Virus record (IMG/VR): IMGVR_UViG_3300036958_000855
Location: 1 to 64,000 of that record
Direction: 5' to 3' (one strand)
Length of the DNA: 64,000 bases
Origin: a virus
Taxonomy: Duplodnaviria > Caudoviricetes
In this document: positions 45,404 through 55,212 of the stretch, one piece after another
Layout of the letters: each line of letters starts with the position of its first letter
How positions within the stretch are numbered: position 1 is the first letter of the stretch
Notes under the pieces: generated by a model
Database searches by the model: none
Told to the model about the DNA's origin: nothing
Seen by the model: the letters and a program-made list of their open reading frames with translations, nothing else
Program-made: the position numbers and the translations under genes

Positions 45404-47227
45404 TCACGTCGGTTGCGCTTGCGGCTCCGGCTTGCGGATGGCGGAGCCACCGATGCTAAACCCGGTCAGCGCCCCATCCTTTACCATCTTCCATAACTCG
45501 TCGTCGAGTACGCGCACGCCCATCAGCCAAGTGCCTGCCTTGAGCGGCACGCCCTCAACTTCCATGTCGCACGGGGTCACGTACGACTCCAGAATCTTCA
45601 CCTTGTCGTTGACGCCCGCTTTGTGCATGAGCCCCATGGTGCGGAACTTCTCCATGAAGGTGTGCGCCGCGCCACGAATCTCTTCCACGCTGTAGATGTC
45701 GTTTTGCGCATCCACCGCTTCCGGTTCGAGGATGATGCCGAGCACGTAGCGCTCATCCGCCTTGATGATGCGCGATACGCCAGCATCCTTCTGCACCGGC
45801 TTCTTCTTGCCTCCGCCGCACCCCTTTTCCTCGTCGATGCGCTTCTGCGCCTCTTCGAGCAACTGGCGCGCCTTGTCCTGCAACTTCTTCTTGTCGTCGG
45901 CGCTCAAGCCGGGCGCGTTGCTTTGCGGGATGCGCGCGATGGCGTTTCGTGCGTGCGGCACGTCGAGGGCGCCGTCTGCATCCCGCACGGGGAAGTACCG
46001 CAACGACCGCGGTTTCGTTTTCCCGTCTTCGTCCTTGTCTCCGCCAGCGGCGATGTAGAGGAACGCCGAGTCCGGCAAGTCGTTGATGTACGCGGTAGTC
46101 CACACCGCCTTCTCGATGCCGTCGATGGTGTGGTCCGCAAGCTTCGCGGCGCACGCGACGCACACCATGGTGCGCTGGCTGTCCGCCTTGCTCGTCGCCA
46201 CGTGCGTCGCCGGTTCCCCGCACGCGCATTCGACCCCGTGCATCGGCACGTCGGTATCGAGCCACCGGGCACCGGGCACCGCAACAGACGCGACGAAGAT
46301 GCGCGACGGGTCGTCAAAGCCGTCAAGCTGGAACACGCGCCCGAGCTTGCCGAGCGCGGCTCGGGCGTCTGGCGTGTCCTCGTGCTCCAGAAGCCACTTC
46401 GTTGTCGGTTGTTCCCGGAGCAGTGCATCCACAACAGGCGACACGTCGCTTGTCGGCGACGAAAGCAGCATGAACGCCTTGGCGTCGTGCGCGTGCTCCT
46501 TGAGCACCGTCGCCCAATCGTCAGACAGCATCGGCTGCACGATTGCGTGAGTCGCTGCGATGGCAGACATGGCGCGCGCCACGTCGTGCCTCTTGTTCAG
46601 GTCCGCATCGGTCGGTTCGTACAAGAACAAGCGCTCGACGCACAAGCGTATCGCCCCGTCCACAAGCTTCACGAGCCGGTCGTGGAACATGCCGCTCTTG
46701 ACCAACTCGTTGCGTGTCACGACGGCCTGCGCCGCTGGTTGCGCCCAGAAGCGCAAGCGCACAGGAACGACACGCTCCAGCGACTTCGGCATCGCACTCA
46801 TGCCCTCGGGTGGCATGATGCCCGCCTTGACCGCCTGTTTCGTCAATACGTACGGCACGAGCGACTTCGCCATGGAGCTGACCCAACCATCGCCGCGTCG
46901 CTTCACAACGAGCACGCCGTTGGGACCGCCGCTCCCGCTGAGGAAGTATTCGTGGAAGTCCGCCGTCTGGGTGCCGTACTCAACGTTCGGTCCGGCATCT
47001 CCCTTCGACACGGGCTCGCACGGTGTCGCGTGCGTGCCCATCCCGAGCGCGTCACGTAGCGCCAACGGCAAGCGAGACGGCGCACGCATGAGGTCCATCT
47101 GCCACTCCACATCCTGGAGTCGCAGCTTCGCAACGGCGCCGTCGATGCACAACACCGACTGCTCCGTGCGCGCCTCAACCTGAGCGGTGGGCGCGCTCAC
47201 CGACTTGGCAACCTTGCGCCGCGCCAT
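45404..47227 (-). CDS. Multidomain prohead protease (unknown N-terminus, Zn finger, LPDSAF domain, XkdF-like serine protease)
   Basis: RYVLGIILEPEAVDAQND...LMH...ESY...GTWLMG...GALTGFSIGG; CAC...CVAC; INDLPDSAF...HARNAIAR. Confidence 0.8.
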   Translation of the reverse strand: MARRKVAKSVSAPTAQVEARTEQSVLCIDGAVAKLRLQDVEWQMDLMRAPSRLPLALRDALGMGTHATPCEPVSKGDAGPNVEYGTQTADFHEYFLSGSGGPNGVLVVKRRGDGWVSSMAKSLVPYVLTKQAVKAGIMPPEGMSAMPKSLERVVPVRLRFWAQPAAQAVVTRNELVKSGMFHDRLVKLVDGAIRLCVERLFLYEPTDADLNKRHDVARAMSAIAATHAIVQPMLSDDWATVLKEHAHDAKAFMLLSSPTSDVSPVVDALLREQPTTKWLLEHEDTPDARAALGKLGRVFQLDGFDDPSRIFVASVAVPGARWLDTDVPMHGVECACGEPATHVATSKADSQRTMVCVACAAKLADHTIDGIEKAVWTTAYINDLPDSAFLYIAAGGDKDEDGKTKPRSLRYFPVRDADGALDVPHARNAIARIPQSNAPGLSADDKKKLQDKARQLLEEAQKRIDEEKGCGGGKKKPVQKDAGVSRIIKADERYVLGIILEPEAVDAQNDIYSVEEIRGAAHTFMEKFRTMGLMHKAGVNDKVKILESYVTPCDMEVEGVPLKAGTWLMGVRVLDDELWKMVKDGALTGFSIGGSAIRKPEPQAQPT

Positions 47228-47230
47228 GGT

Positions 47231-48244
47231 TCACCACCGATCGTCTTGCGGTTCCGGCTTCGGCTGGTTCCGTTCGTCATCGTAGAGGTCGTCACGTGCC
47301 ATGTCGTGAGGCCAGAGGAACGACCCCTTGCCGAGCATCCGCTTCGCGAACGCGGTCTGCCTGGTCGCCTGCGTTGCGTTGTGCTGCGAGACGAGCGCGG
47401 CGACCGTGTTGCCGAGCGTCTGCGCCGTGTTCGCCGCGAACGCGCTGTCGCCAGATTCCGCATCAGATGGTTGCTGCTCGTTGGTCTTCTGCTCCTGCCC
47501 AGTCGTGAGGTCCATACGCGCGCCTCCGAGCGAGCTTCCGACGAACGCCTCTTCGATGTCAGCGGAAACCGGCGTTGCCTCGGTCTGCTCGAAGCTGCTC
47601 TGCTTCGCCACGTCCACGACGCGCGCGATGCACGCAAGCCGCTTCATCGCCTGCTCGGGCTTGTCCTTGGCAACCTCTGCAACCTGCTCGGTGAGCCACT
47701 TGACGAGCAGCTCCGGTGTGAAGGCGACCTTCACCATCTTCTCGGCTGGCGCTGCGGGCGCTGCGGCGCCCATCTGAGTCGATACGTTGGTCAACATGTC
47801 CGTGGCTCCCTTCAGCTCCGTGAGCGCCTCGGCCACCTTCTGTTGCCCCAGCAAGTCGCTCACCTTCCACATTCTGTCTTGCACGGCGCGGGTCGTCGTG
47901 ACCATCGCCGTGTAGGTGTCCAGCTCGAACTTCACGATGCGCTTCGCAGCCGGGTCACGCGCTGCGACCGGAACCGCGGGTGTGCCCGTCCCTTCCGCGG
48001 CGACCGCTGGCGCCGGGGTCGCGCCGCACAACTGCACCAGCGCGGACGCAACCGCCCTGCACACGTCGGCTCCGCCTTCTGGAAGCGCTCCATCTGGCCC
48101 AACCTTGTCAGCCAACGCTGTGATGGCCGTCGCCGCGTCGCGCAACGTCGTCGCAACCTGTGGCGCTCCTTCTGGAGGTGCCTTGTGCAGCGGTTGGAGT
48201 GCTTCGGAGATGCTGTTCAACAGATGTGCGACGGTCGGAGGCAT
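47231..48244 (-). CDS. Hypothetical helical protein (second scaffold-like)
   Basis: SD GAAGGAG before ATG 48244; Ala-rich. Confidence 0.6.
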   Translation of the reverse strand: MPPTVAHLLNSISEALQPLHKAPPEGAPQVATTLRDAATAITALADKVGPDGALPEGGADVCRAVASALVQLCGATPAPAVAAEGTGTPAVPVAARDPAAKRIVKFELDTYTAMVTTTRAVQDRMWKVSDLLGQQKVAEALTELKGATDMLTNVSTQMGAAAPAAPAEKMVKVAFTPELLVKWLTEQVAEVAKDKPEQAMKRLACIARVVDVAKQSSFEQTEATPVSADIEEAFVGSSLGGARMDLTTGQEQKTNEQQPSDAESGDSAFAANTAQTLGNTVAALVSQHNATQATRQTAFAKRMLGKGSFLWPHDMARDDLYDDERNQPKPEPQDDRW

Positions 48245-48257
48245 GGTCACGGCTCCT

Positions 48258-48569
48258 TCACGATGGTGTCCAGATGAGGCGAGCGTCGGGCTTCCAGTCC
48301 TGCCCGTCCAGTTCGGCGCGCAGGAAACGATACAAGTTGTCGCAGATGCGCACAACCGACCACTTCAGGTCTCCGCGGCACACCTTTACGATGCGGATGC
48401 AGATGTCGAAACGACGTCGCGTTTCCGCGCCCGTGAGGTACGACACGACGCGCCCGTTCTTCGCAGCCGCAAGGTCGTCGTCGAACGAGCGAGCGATGGC
48501 ACGATGCACAGCGGTGGTCACGCGCCCAAGCTGGTCGCGCTCTACGAGGTCGAGAAGCTCACCTGCCAT
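48258..48569 (-). CDS. Hypothetical protein
   Basis: Open 103-aa frame in the head operon. Confidence 0.5.
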   Translation of the reverse strand: MAGELLDLVERDQLGRVTTAVHRAIARSFDDDLAAAKNGRVVSYLTGAETRRRFDICIRIVKVCRGDLKWSVVRICDNLYRFLRAELDGQDWKPDARLIWTPS

Positions 48570-48608
48570 ACGGCCGAGCGTACCGCGAACTGGCGGGTCA
48601 AGCCAAGC

Positions 48609-48797
48609 CTAGTCCTCTGGATAGGTGATTCCGAGTTCTGCGTAGAGCGCCCGGTAGGCTGCCAGCAGCTCGGTCGGGTCGTCTTGCAGCATGTAAAGCG
48701 TCTCGCCGGTTTCCGGCGATAGCTCCCCGGTTTCTTCTAGTTCTGCGCGTGCCACAGCGAGCGCGCCATCGAGGTCGTTTCGTCCGAGCGGTTCCAT
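48609..48797 (-). CDS. Small acidic protein coupled to MuF (candidate immunity/inhibitor)
   Basis: ATG overlaps the MuF stop (TGATG); 62 aa, Asp/Glu-rich. Confidence 0.55.
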   Translation of the reverse strand: MEPLGRNDLDGALAVARAELEETGELSPETGETLYMLQDDPTELLAAYRALYAELGITYPED

Positions 48798-51700
48798 CAG
48801 CACCCTGCCTTGCGCTTCGTGCCCGCGATTCTCACCACCGTGGCCTCTTCTTGGGCTTCGGCTTTGTCTCTCATCAGATTCGGGTCCGCCAGTATCTTGT
48901 CCCGCAGCTTCCTGCGCTCCTCAACCGACAAGCTAGGAGCAAGCTCCTCCAACAAACGCATGATGTGCTCAGGAGGTCCGTTGATTGGGACCGGAGGCTT
49001 CCCGCCACGCAAGCGCGCTCCAGCCCGCTCCAACAGCTCCGGCACCTCTTCTGGCTTTATCTTCGGGTTCGCAAGGCGCAGCGCCTCATGCGCGTGCGTG
49101 AGCAACGCCCGTTGGTAGTCCCGATAGGTGGAAGCCGCAGCTATGTCCCACTGCCCCTTGTAGTGGGAAGGTTGGCGCAGCGCAGATTGGTTCACCGTGT
49201 CTCCGCCATCTGGTGGCACGCCAAACAACGCTCGCGCCGACCGTCGAGCGAGCATCTCCGTCATGGCCTCTTCGACGCCAACCCCAGCGTCCACGTATGC
49301 ATGGCGCATGATTGGCGATGCACCGTGTGCCTCCTCGTGCAAGAGCAGCACCAGCCCGAACAGCTCATCTGGACTGAGCGACCCCAACGCAGCCTTCGGG
49401 TTCTTCACATCTTCTGGGCGTAGCTTCGCGAGAGCGTGCATGGCGAGTCGCATGTACTTCGGTTTGACACGCACGACGTCGTCCCAACCATGCGTTGCGG
49501 CTGCGCCGGGTCCGGTATCCCCAGCGCGTAGCTTGTCTGCGCCGTATTGCGGTGCGATGGGCGTACTACCAGGGATGCGCGCAATCACGCCATCTGCCGA
49601 CGTTAGGCCAACCATGGCGAGCGCGTGCCGCGCTGCTTGCCGCAAGGCGCGCTCCTCTTCCTTCGTGCGCGGCTTGTCACCCTTCTCAGGAGCGCCATCT
49701 CGTGCGAGCACCGCGAAGCCCTCGATGCCTTCTGGCACCGCACCAGCTTGGCGCGCTGCTGGCTCTGCCGTCGTGATGGGGATGCGCGGCATCCCGAGCG
49801 CCTTGGCTGCCGCAACGTACGCGGCGCCACGCACGATGTAGAGCTTCCCGTCTTGCTTGACGGCAACAATGTCCGGGTGCTCCCCGCGTGCGAGCTTGCG
49901 CATCGCTGCGCGCACCTCTTCGTTCGTGGCGGGAACGTCTGACGTGGACGTCGCAATCAGCTCGTCCACGCCAACGCGAGCCCGGTCCTCAATCGGCTTC
50001 TTGAGCGCCGTCGCTATGCCGTCGTCGGTGATGCGCGCCATCGCATCCACGACCGGACCTTCCCTGTTCGCTTGGATACCCTTGAGCCCGAGTGCGCGAG
50101 CACGTTGTGGTGGTGTCTTGGCGCGCGCGAGGTCGGGAAGCTTCGCCATCGCGCGAAGCGCCCCTTCACCAAGCTCCGCGTCCTCTGGCGCAGGGCGCGG
50201 TTGCATGAACAGTTCTTCGCGAACGCGAGACGGCTGTGCGTCAAGGTCTACAACGTGCCCGCGCAACGCACTCATCCCCATGGCGCGCATCGCAGCCACG
50301 TCCGTCACCGCGTCGCCGAACACGTAATACTTGCCCTTGTACTTCACGATGCGCGGGAACTCGCCGGGGTCCGCCACGCCACGAGGTGACGCCGCGAGCC
50401 CGTGCCATCGACGAACCGCGAGTTCGAGCTGTGCCCGCGTCTGCGTTCGTTCCGTCACGACCACCGCGTCCCAAGGAACATCCGCGAGCACCGGCGACGC
50501 CCAGTGCTCTGGTTGCAGTTCACTTCCACGGAACGCACCGTCTACCTGCAACCCAAGCCGCAACACATCGGCGCGCCCGTCTGGCGTGCGGGCGCCTTGC
50601 AGCACGCGCATCGTGTCGTCCTGTCCCTTGGACGTGTGCGGTGGGAGCTTGCGCGCTTCGTCTTCCGCGACCACCCGGTGTTCCAACGGAGGCGGTGGCG
50701 GTGGTGCTTCTTCTGGCGTTGGCTTTGCTGGCTTCGGCTTCCCCGGTTTGGGAGGCGCGGGCGCACGGCGCAGTGGCTGGATGCTCGTCATGTCTGGCAC
50801 GACCGTCGTTCGGCAGTTGGCGTGAAACGGCGGAATCATCACACCAGCCTTGGCGAGGTCGGCGTCGCTCATCGCCTGCTTGAACTTGCCGGGGTCGTCA
50901 ACGCGACCCATGCCAGACTGTTCCTCGCGCGCGACCGTCGTGCGCGACCCGTCCCGATTCTTCACGTACAAGTATTGGCCCTCGTCATCCTTGCCGTCCC
51001 GCAGCCACGGCTGGATGTAGCGCACGTCCTCGGGGTCATCCGCGGCGTCAACCTCGTCGAACGTTTCGAGAGCGCGCGCGATGCTGAACGTGCGGTTGTG
51101 CATGAACCTGCACTGGCGCGTGGTCACCTCGTCGAGCACGGCAAGGATGGTGTACCGCGTGAGCCCCGCTTGCTGGTATGACGACATGGCGCCGTAAGAG
51201 CGTGCGCGCGCCACGAACACCCCGGCAGCCATCGTCCAGTACGCATCGGAGCGGTTCACCCCCTGCGCCGTCAACTCCGTCTTGAGCCGCTGCCCTATCT
51301 CGTGACGCCCGTGCCCAGCGTCCAACCCCTCTGCCACAATCTGACGCGCACGCTGCGAGAACGCCTCCTCGCGCTTGCCGTACTCGTTGCGGATGAAGTT
51401 CCCTTGCGACTTCGCGGCACGCTCTGCGATGCGCGCGTCTCGCGCGTTCTGGTCGTACGACACCGCGTACCCGAAGTCGCGGCTCACCTTCTGCTTCACA
51501 CCATCAATGGTGCGGTTCGCAGACGCGCGCAGCGTCTCCTCTACCCGCGGGATTACCTTGTCTGGCACCTGTTTGAGCGCCGCACGCGATGCGCGCACGA
51601 TGCGCTCGCGTTCCAAGCTGCTCAGAGCGCGCCAATCCACATCGAGCGACGCGATGGCGCGCTTGATGGCATCGGTTTCGGTTTCCCGCGTCGCTCCCTT

Positions 51701-51865
51701 GAGCGCGTCTGCTAGGCGTTTGCTGATGACGAGGAAGTCCGCGTCATCCATGGGGTCGAGCGCCTTGGTCGCATGGATGCGCCAGACATGCGCGAGCACC
51801 GCCTCGACGGCCTGCACCCCATCCGCGATGAGGTTTCCAGTTGGCTCAATGCGTAGTGTCGTCAT
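48797..51865 (-). CDS. MuF/SPP1 gp7-like minor head protein with long C-terminal extension ending in a zincin metallopeptidase-like domain
   Basis: LAVLDEVTTRQCRFMHNRTF and PPFHANCRT (MuF); Pro-rich linker; LLHEEAH...VEEAMTE. Confidence 0.85.
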   Translation of the reverse strand: MTTLRIEPTGNLIADGVQAVEAVLAHVWRIHATKALDPMDDADFLVISKRLADALKGATRETETDAIKRAIASLDVDWRALSSLERERIVRASRAALKQVPDKVIPRVEETLRASANRTIDGVKQKVSRDFGYAVSYDQNARDARIAERAAKSQGNFIRNEYGKREEAFSQRARQIVAEGLDAGHGRHEIGQRLKTELTAQGVNRSDAYWTMAAGVFVARARSYGAMSSYQQAGLTRYTILAVLDEVTTRQCRFMHNRTFSIARALETFDEVDAADDPEDVRYIQPWLRDGKDDEGQYLYVKNRDGSRTTVAREEQSGMGRVDDPGKFKQAMSDADLAKAGVMIPPFHANCRTTVVPDMTSIQPLRRAPAPPKPGKPKPAKPTPEEAPPPPPPLEHRVVAEDEARKLPPHTSKGQDDTMRVLQGARTPDGRADVLRLGLQVDGAFRGSELQPEHWASPVLADVPWDAVVVTERTQTRAQLELAVRRWHGLAASPRGVADPGEFPRIVKYKGKYYVFGDAVTDVAAMRAMGMSALRGHVVDLDAQPSRVREELFMQPRPAPEDAELGEGALRAMAKLPDLARAKTPPQRARALGLKGIQANREGPVVDAMARITDDGIATALKKPIEDRARVGVDELIATSTSDVPATNEEVRAAMRKLARGEHPDIVAVKQDGKLYIVRGAAYVAAAKALGMPRIPITTAEPAARQAGAVPEGIEGFAVLARDGAPEKGDKPRTKEEERALRQAARHALAMVGLTSADGVIARIPGSTPIAPQYGADKLRAGDTGPGAAATHGWDDVVRVKPKYMRLAMHALAKLRPEDVKNPKAALGSLSPDELFGLVLLLHEEAHGASPIMRHAYVDAGVGVEEAMTEMLARRSARALFGVPPDGGDTVNQSALRQPSHYKGQWDIAAASTYRDYQRALLTHAHEALRLANPKIKPEEVPELLERAGARLRGGKPPVPINGPPEHIMRLLEELAPSLSVEERRKLRDKILADPNLMRDKAEAQEEATVVRIAGTKRKAGC

Positions 51866-53813
51866 GCGAGGTCTGGTTTGGCGCCCGTTCCATCTCCTCG
51901 ATGCGACGCTTGCGGAAGTCCTCCGCGGCTTGCGCCGCTTCTTCTTCTATGAGTGCCCGACGCAGCGCCAGCATCGCCTTCGCTTGTTCCCCGAGCCCGC
52001 GCAAGCCGGGTGGCAAGCGCAGCAGCGCAGCACGCTGCGCTGGCTGCAACGTGCCGTTGAGCCCCTTTGTTGGCGCCGCTGTTGGCGGCGTTTGCGCGCC
52101 GGGCGCGGGCTGTGGCGCCAAGCCCAAGTCTTGGAACGGCGCGCGCTCCTGGCCGATGCCTGGCGCCTCGCCGGTGAACGGCGGTGGCGGTTCTTCCACG
52201 ACGCCAACGCCAGCCATGGTGAGCTGCACGGGCTGCTTGACCCATGCGGCGTCGATGCGCCGCAGCTCGCGGTTGAACACCAGCTCCGCAAGCTGCCTGC
52301 CCTCCTCTGGCGTGAGGATGTTCGCGTTCGCAAGGTCTTTGATGATGCCCGCCAGCAGTTGCGGGTCACGTACGGTTGGGCTGTTGCTCTGGAACTTCCA
52401 GAACCGAACGCCCATGTCGGTGAACACCTTGCGGTTGATGATGAAGTCGAACTCCTCGCGCTCCGGCTGGAACACCTGCTGTTCCGCGAAGTCGATAGCG
52501 GCGTCTGCTGTGGCGCGGTTGAAGTCCCGCACGTCACCACGCAAGAGCCGGGGCAGCCGGAACGACTGGCCCACCTTGTCCATGTTCCGCTCATCGTACC
52601 CCGTGAACAGCGCGTCCTTCTGTTGCGCGTCGGTGAGGGGCTGCAACGTGAGCTGCATCTTGCCAGAGTGCTCCAGCGTCCCGCTCGACCCTCCCTCGGC
52701 TTCGAGGATGAGAATCTTGTGGAAGTTCGCCTTGCCCTTCAGCTCGTGCTGCACGAACGACTCAAGGCGCTGCACCGTCTCCTCGGTCACGCGCCCTCCA
52801 GACACGAGCAGCGCCAGCGGTGGCACGCTCTTGTTGTCGAAGTAAAGGTAGTTCACCTCCTCGGCCTGGCGCGACCCAAGCACGGCGAGCAAGTTTCCTA
52901 TCCACCGCGGCACGCCGTAGGCGGTACGTGACGAGTGGAGCTTGAAGTGCAGCACCTCGGTCGCCGGTCCGTCGGTCGGGTTCGCCTTGCGCATCTCCTC
53001 CACGCTCGGCCAGACGCGCCCGTTGAGCTTGCTCACAACACGCGGGTCGCCGAACTCCTTGAAGAACATGGTCCGCGACTCGAACACTTGCACGAAGCGA
53101 CGGAATAGGCGGTCCTTCGTCGTCACGTCGTACGCGATGTCGCTCACCTTAGCCTTGGCTTGCACGCTCGTGTAGGTCTTGTCGAGCGGCAGGAGCCGGA
53201 TGGTGAACGCTGGCATGTAGACGAACTCGGCAATCTCCCCGGCCCCGTCGCGCAACACCTCCATGTACCCGTTGCCCATCAGCTCCAAGTCTTGCCGCAC
53301 GCGACGCCGCAGCGTCACGAAGCTCGTGTCCTCGACGCAGAACTCGAAGAAGTGCTCCAAGCGCGTCTTCTCAGCACGCATCTGTTGCACCAACTCTGCC
53401 TTCCGCTGCGCCACCTCCTCTGACGTTGGCATGAGCTGACGGCCAACCACATCTGCCGGTGCGCCCGGCTTCTCTCGTTCACGCAGGCGCTCCAGGTAGA
53501 CCGCTTGCGCAATCCGCTGGTCCGCGTCCGCGGTGTCCAAGTCGATGACCGGAACGAACTGGTGGCCGAAGGCATCGATGTTCGTCACGTAGGCATCGAT
53601 GTTCTGGCGCAACGAGTTCGAGTGCTCCATGAGCAGCGCAAGCGTGGAAAGGCTGTATGGAGGTTCGATGGCTCCCGCCTGCGAGAACGCACGTTCCGCC
53701 TCGTCCACGCCCTGCATGGTGTTGCTCGTCTGGACGCCCTTGTCGGCGCCGATGAGCACCGCCTTCAGAACGTTCGCGTGACGGCCGACATTCTCGTCGA
53801 GGTCGTTTGCCAC
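51846..53813 (-). CDS. Portal protein (PBSX XkdE-like)
   Basis: IEPPY...DLELMGNGYMEVLRD...LHFK...YGVPRW...YFDNKSVP. Confidence 0.92.
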   Translation of the reverse strand: MANDLDENVGRHANVLKAVLIGADKGVQTSNTMQGVDEAERAFSQAGAIEPPYSLSTLALLMEHSNSLRQNIDAYVTNIDAFGHQFVPVIDLDTADADQRIAQAVYLERLREREKPGAPADVVGRQLMPTSEEVAQRKAELVQQMRAEKTRLEHFFEFCVEDTSFVTLRRRVRQDLELMGNGYMEVLRDGAGEIAEFVYMPAFTIRLLPLDKTYTSVQAKAKVSDIAYDVTTKDRLFRRFVQVFESRTMFFKEFGDPRVVSKLNGRVWPSVEEMRKANPTDGPATEVLHFKLHSSRTAYGVPRWIGNLLAVLGSRQAEEVNYLYFDNKSVPPLALLVSGGRVTEETVQRLESFVQHELKGKANFHKILILEAEGGSSGTLEHSGKMQLTLQPLTDAQQKDALFTGYDERNMDKVGQSFRLPRLLRGDVRDFNRATADAAIDFAEQQVFQPEREEFDFIINRKVFTDMGVRFWKFQSNSPTVRDPQLLAGIIKDLANANILTPEEGRQLAELVFNRELRRIDAAWVKQPVQLTMAGVGVVEEPPPPFTGEAPGIGQERAPFQDLGLAPQPAPGAQTPPTAAPTKGLNGTLQPAQRAALLRLPPGLRGLGEQAKAMLALRRALIEEEAAQAAEDFRKRRIEEMERAPNQTSHDDTTH

Positions 53814-53821
53814 GTGTCACC

Positions 53822-54121
53822 TCAATCTGTACGGGAGTCGAACCCACCGAGGTGGGCAACCGGAGTGCCGTTGGTGTAGGCGGTCGTCTTGATGCGCAGC
53901 CGCGTCACGGCGAGCGGAACAGCCACGATGCTCGGCGCCGAGATGGCAGAGCCGATGTCTGTCCACTCGTCGTGAGCGCCGACAACCCCCTGCACCTGCA
54001 ACGTGGCGGTGAACGTTCCGTGGATGTGCAGCGTCTTCTCGTGGAAGCGCTCCACCACCTCCGGGCGCCCCTCACCGTTCAGAAGCTCCTTGACCTCCAT
54101 CTGAATGACTTCGTGGCGCAT
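53822..54121 (-). CDS. Small beta-rich hypothetical protein
   Basis: SD GAAGGAG before ATG 54121. Confidence 0.6.
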   Translation of the reverse strand: MRHEVIQMEVKELLNGEGRPEVVERFHEKTLHIHGTFTATLQVQGVVGAHDEWTDIGSAISAPSIVAVPLAVTRLRIKTTAYTNGTPVAHLGGFDSRTD

Positions 54122-54125
54122 GGCG

Positions 54126-54335
54126 CTACTCCTTCGCGTGGATGTAGGCGACGAACGTGTCGCCTGGGCTGCACGCCACCGACCGGACGGCATGACCCCA
54201 GCCGACGAGCCGTTCCGTCACGACGCGGAGTGCGTGGTCCGTGTTGCGCGCGTCTACCGTGAAGCCCTCCCGCTGTACCGGCTTCGCTTGCGGCGTCGCC
54301 GCAACCTCGAACAGCTTCACCTTGTACGTCTTCAT
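54126..54335 (-). CDS. Hypothetical protein
   Basis: SD and coherent codon use. Confidence 0.55.
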   Translation of the reverse strand: MKTYKVKLFEVAATPQAKPVQREGFTVDARNTDHALRVVTERLVGWGHAVRSVACSPGDTFVAYIHAKE

Positions 54336-54344
54336 GCCCTCATC

Positions 54345-54665
54345 CTACCCGCGCGCCGCGCCGTTGCCAAGCGCATAGTCTCGCGTCCCTTGCGTATCCC
54401 GCGCGCCTACGAGACGCACAAGCGCCTCACGCTCCGTGTCGCTTGCGACGGCGCGACCGATGGCAGCATACGCCGCTGGCGCGCGCACCCCGCACACGTC
54501 AAGCCAACGCGCCGCATCCGCAACCCACGACGGATACCAGTAGCGTCCACGCTCACCGCGTCGCGTCGGCGGGTCGTAGACCAAGTGCACACCGGCATCG
54601 CGTAGGCGCATCGCGCGCTCAGCGCATTGCGTCCAGACGTAGTTGTTGGGAATCGTAGGAGCCAT
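54345..54665 (-). CDS. Hypothetical protein (PxW family)
   Basis: YWYPSWV motif shared with neighbours. Confidence 0.5.
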   Translation of the reverse strand: MAPTIPNNYVWTQCAERAMRLRDAGVHLVYDPPTRRGERGRYWYPSWVADAARWLDVCGVRAPAAYAAIGRAVASDTEREALVRLVGARDTQGTRDYALGNGAARG

Positions 54666-55036
54666 CGCGCACGCGCAATCGGTAAACGGCGACTTGTGGA
54701 GGCATCAACGCCGAAGCGCCCCTTCACCCAGCACGCCACCATGTAAAGCAAGGCGCCGTCAAGCGGGTCTGCCGCGAGCCCGGCAAGCTCGTTGATGACC
54801 CCGACGAACCGCTTGTCGTTGATGAACGCGCCCCATACCTCGTCCCAGTTCGGCACGCGGTGCTGCGCCATGGCGCACAAGGAGTCCCACTCTTCGAGTT
54901 GCGCCACGTACAATGACCATGCTGGCATCGCGAGCATGGTGCCGGGCTTGGCCTCACGCTGCTCATCTTCCACCACGACCCCGCGTGCACGCGCAAGCCT
55001 CGCGTGCACGAACGTCCCCAGCAAGTGCGTGCTCAT
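54407..55036 (-). CDS. Hypothetical protein; 3' part overlaps the next gene and looks non-coding
   Basis: ATGA overlap at 55033-55036; coding-like only down to about 54700. Confidence 0.4.
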   Translation of the reverse strand: MSTHLLGTFVHARLARARGVVVEDEQREAKPGTMLAMPAWSLYVAQLEEWDSLCAMAQHRVPNWDEVWGAFINDKRFVGVINELAGLAADPLDGALLYMVACWVKGRFGVDASTSRRLPIARARWLLRFPTTTSGRNALSARCAYAMPVCTWSTTRRRDAVSVDATGIRRGLRMRRVGLTCAGCARQRRMLPSVAPSQATRSVRRLCVS

Positions 55037-55212
55037 CGGTTGCGGCTCCACGCGCCGGGCAGGAACCCGGCGTTGCTCATCCAGTCATCGAGCGCCTCGA
55101 CGAGTTCTGCGAGGCGACGCACATCATCCTCGTCTGGCATGTCCCCGTCGCACGGGTTCAGGAGCTTGTGCGCCAGACGCCGCTGCTCCGCCAGGTTCGC
55201 GTCAGGGTCCAT
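55033..55212 (-). CDS. Conserved small phage protein (MDPDANL...LDDWMSNAGFLP..W)
   Basis: Pattern recalled from small actinophage proteins. Confidence 0.65.
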   Translation of the reverse strand: MDPDANLAEQRRLAHKLLNPCDGDMPDEDDVRRLAELVEALDDWMSNAGFLPGAWSRNR

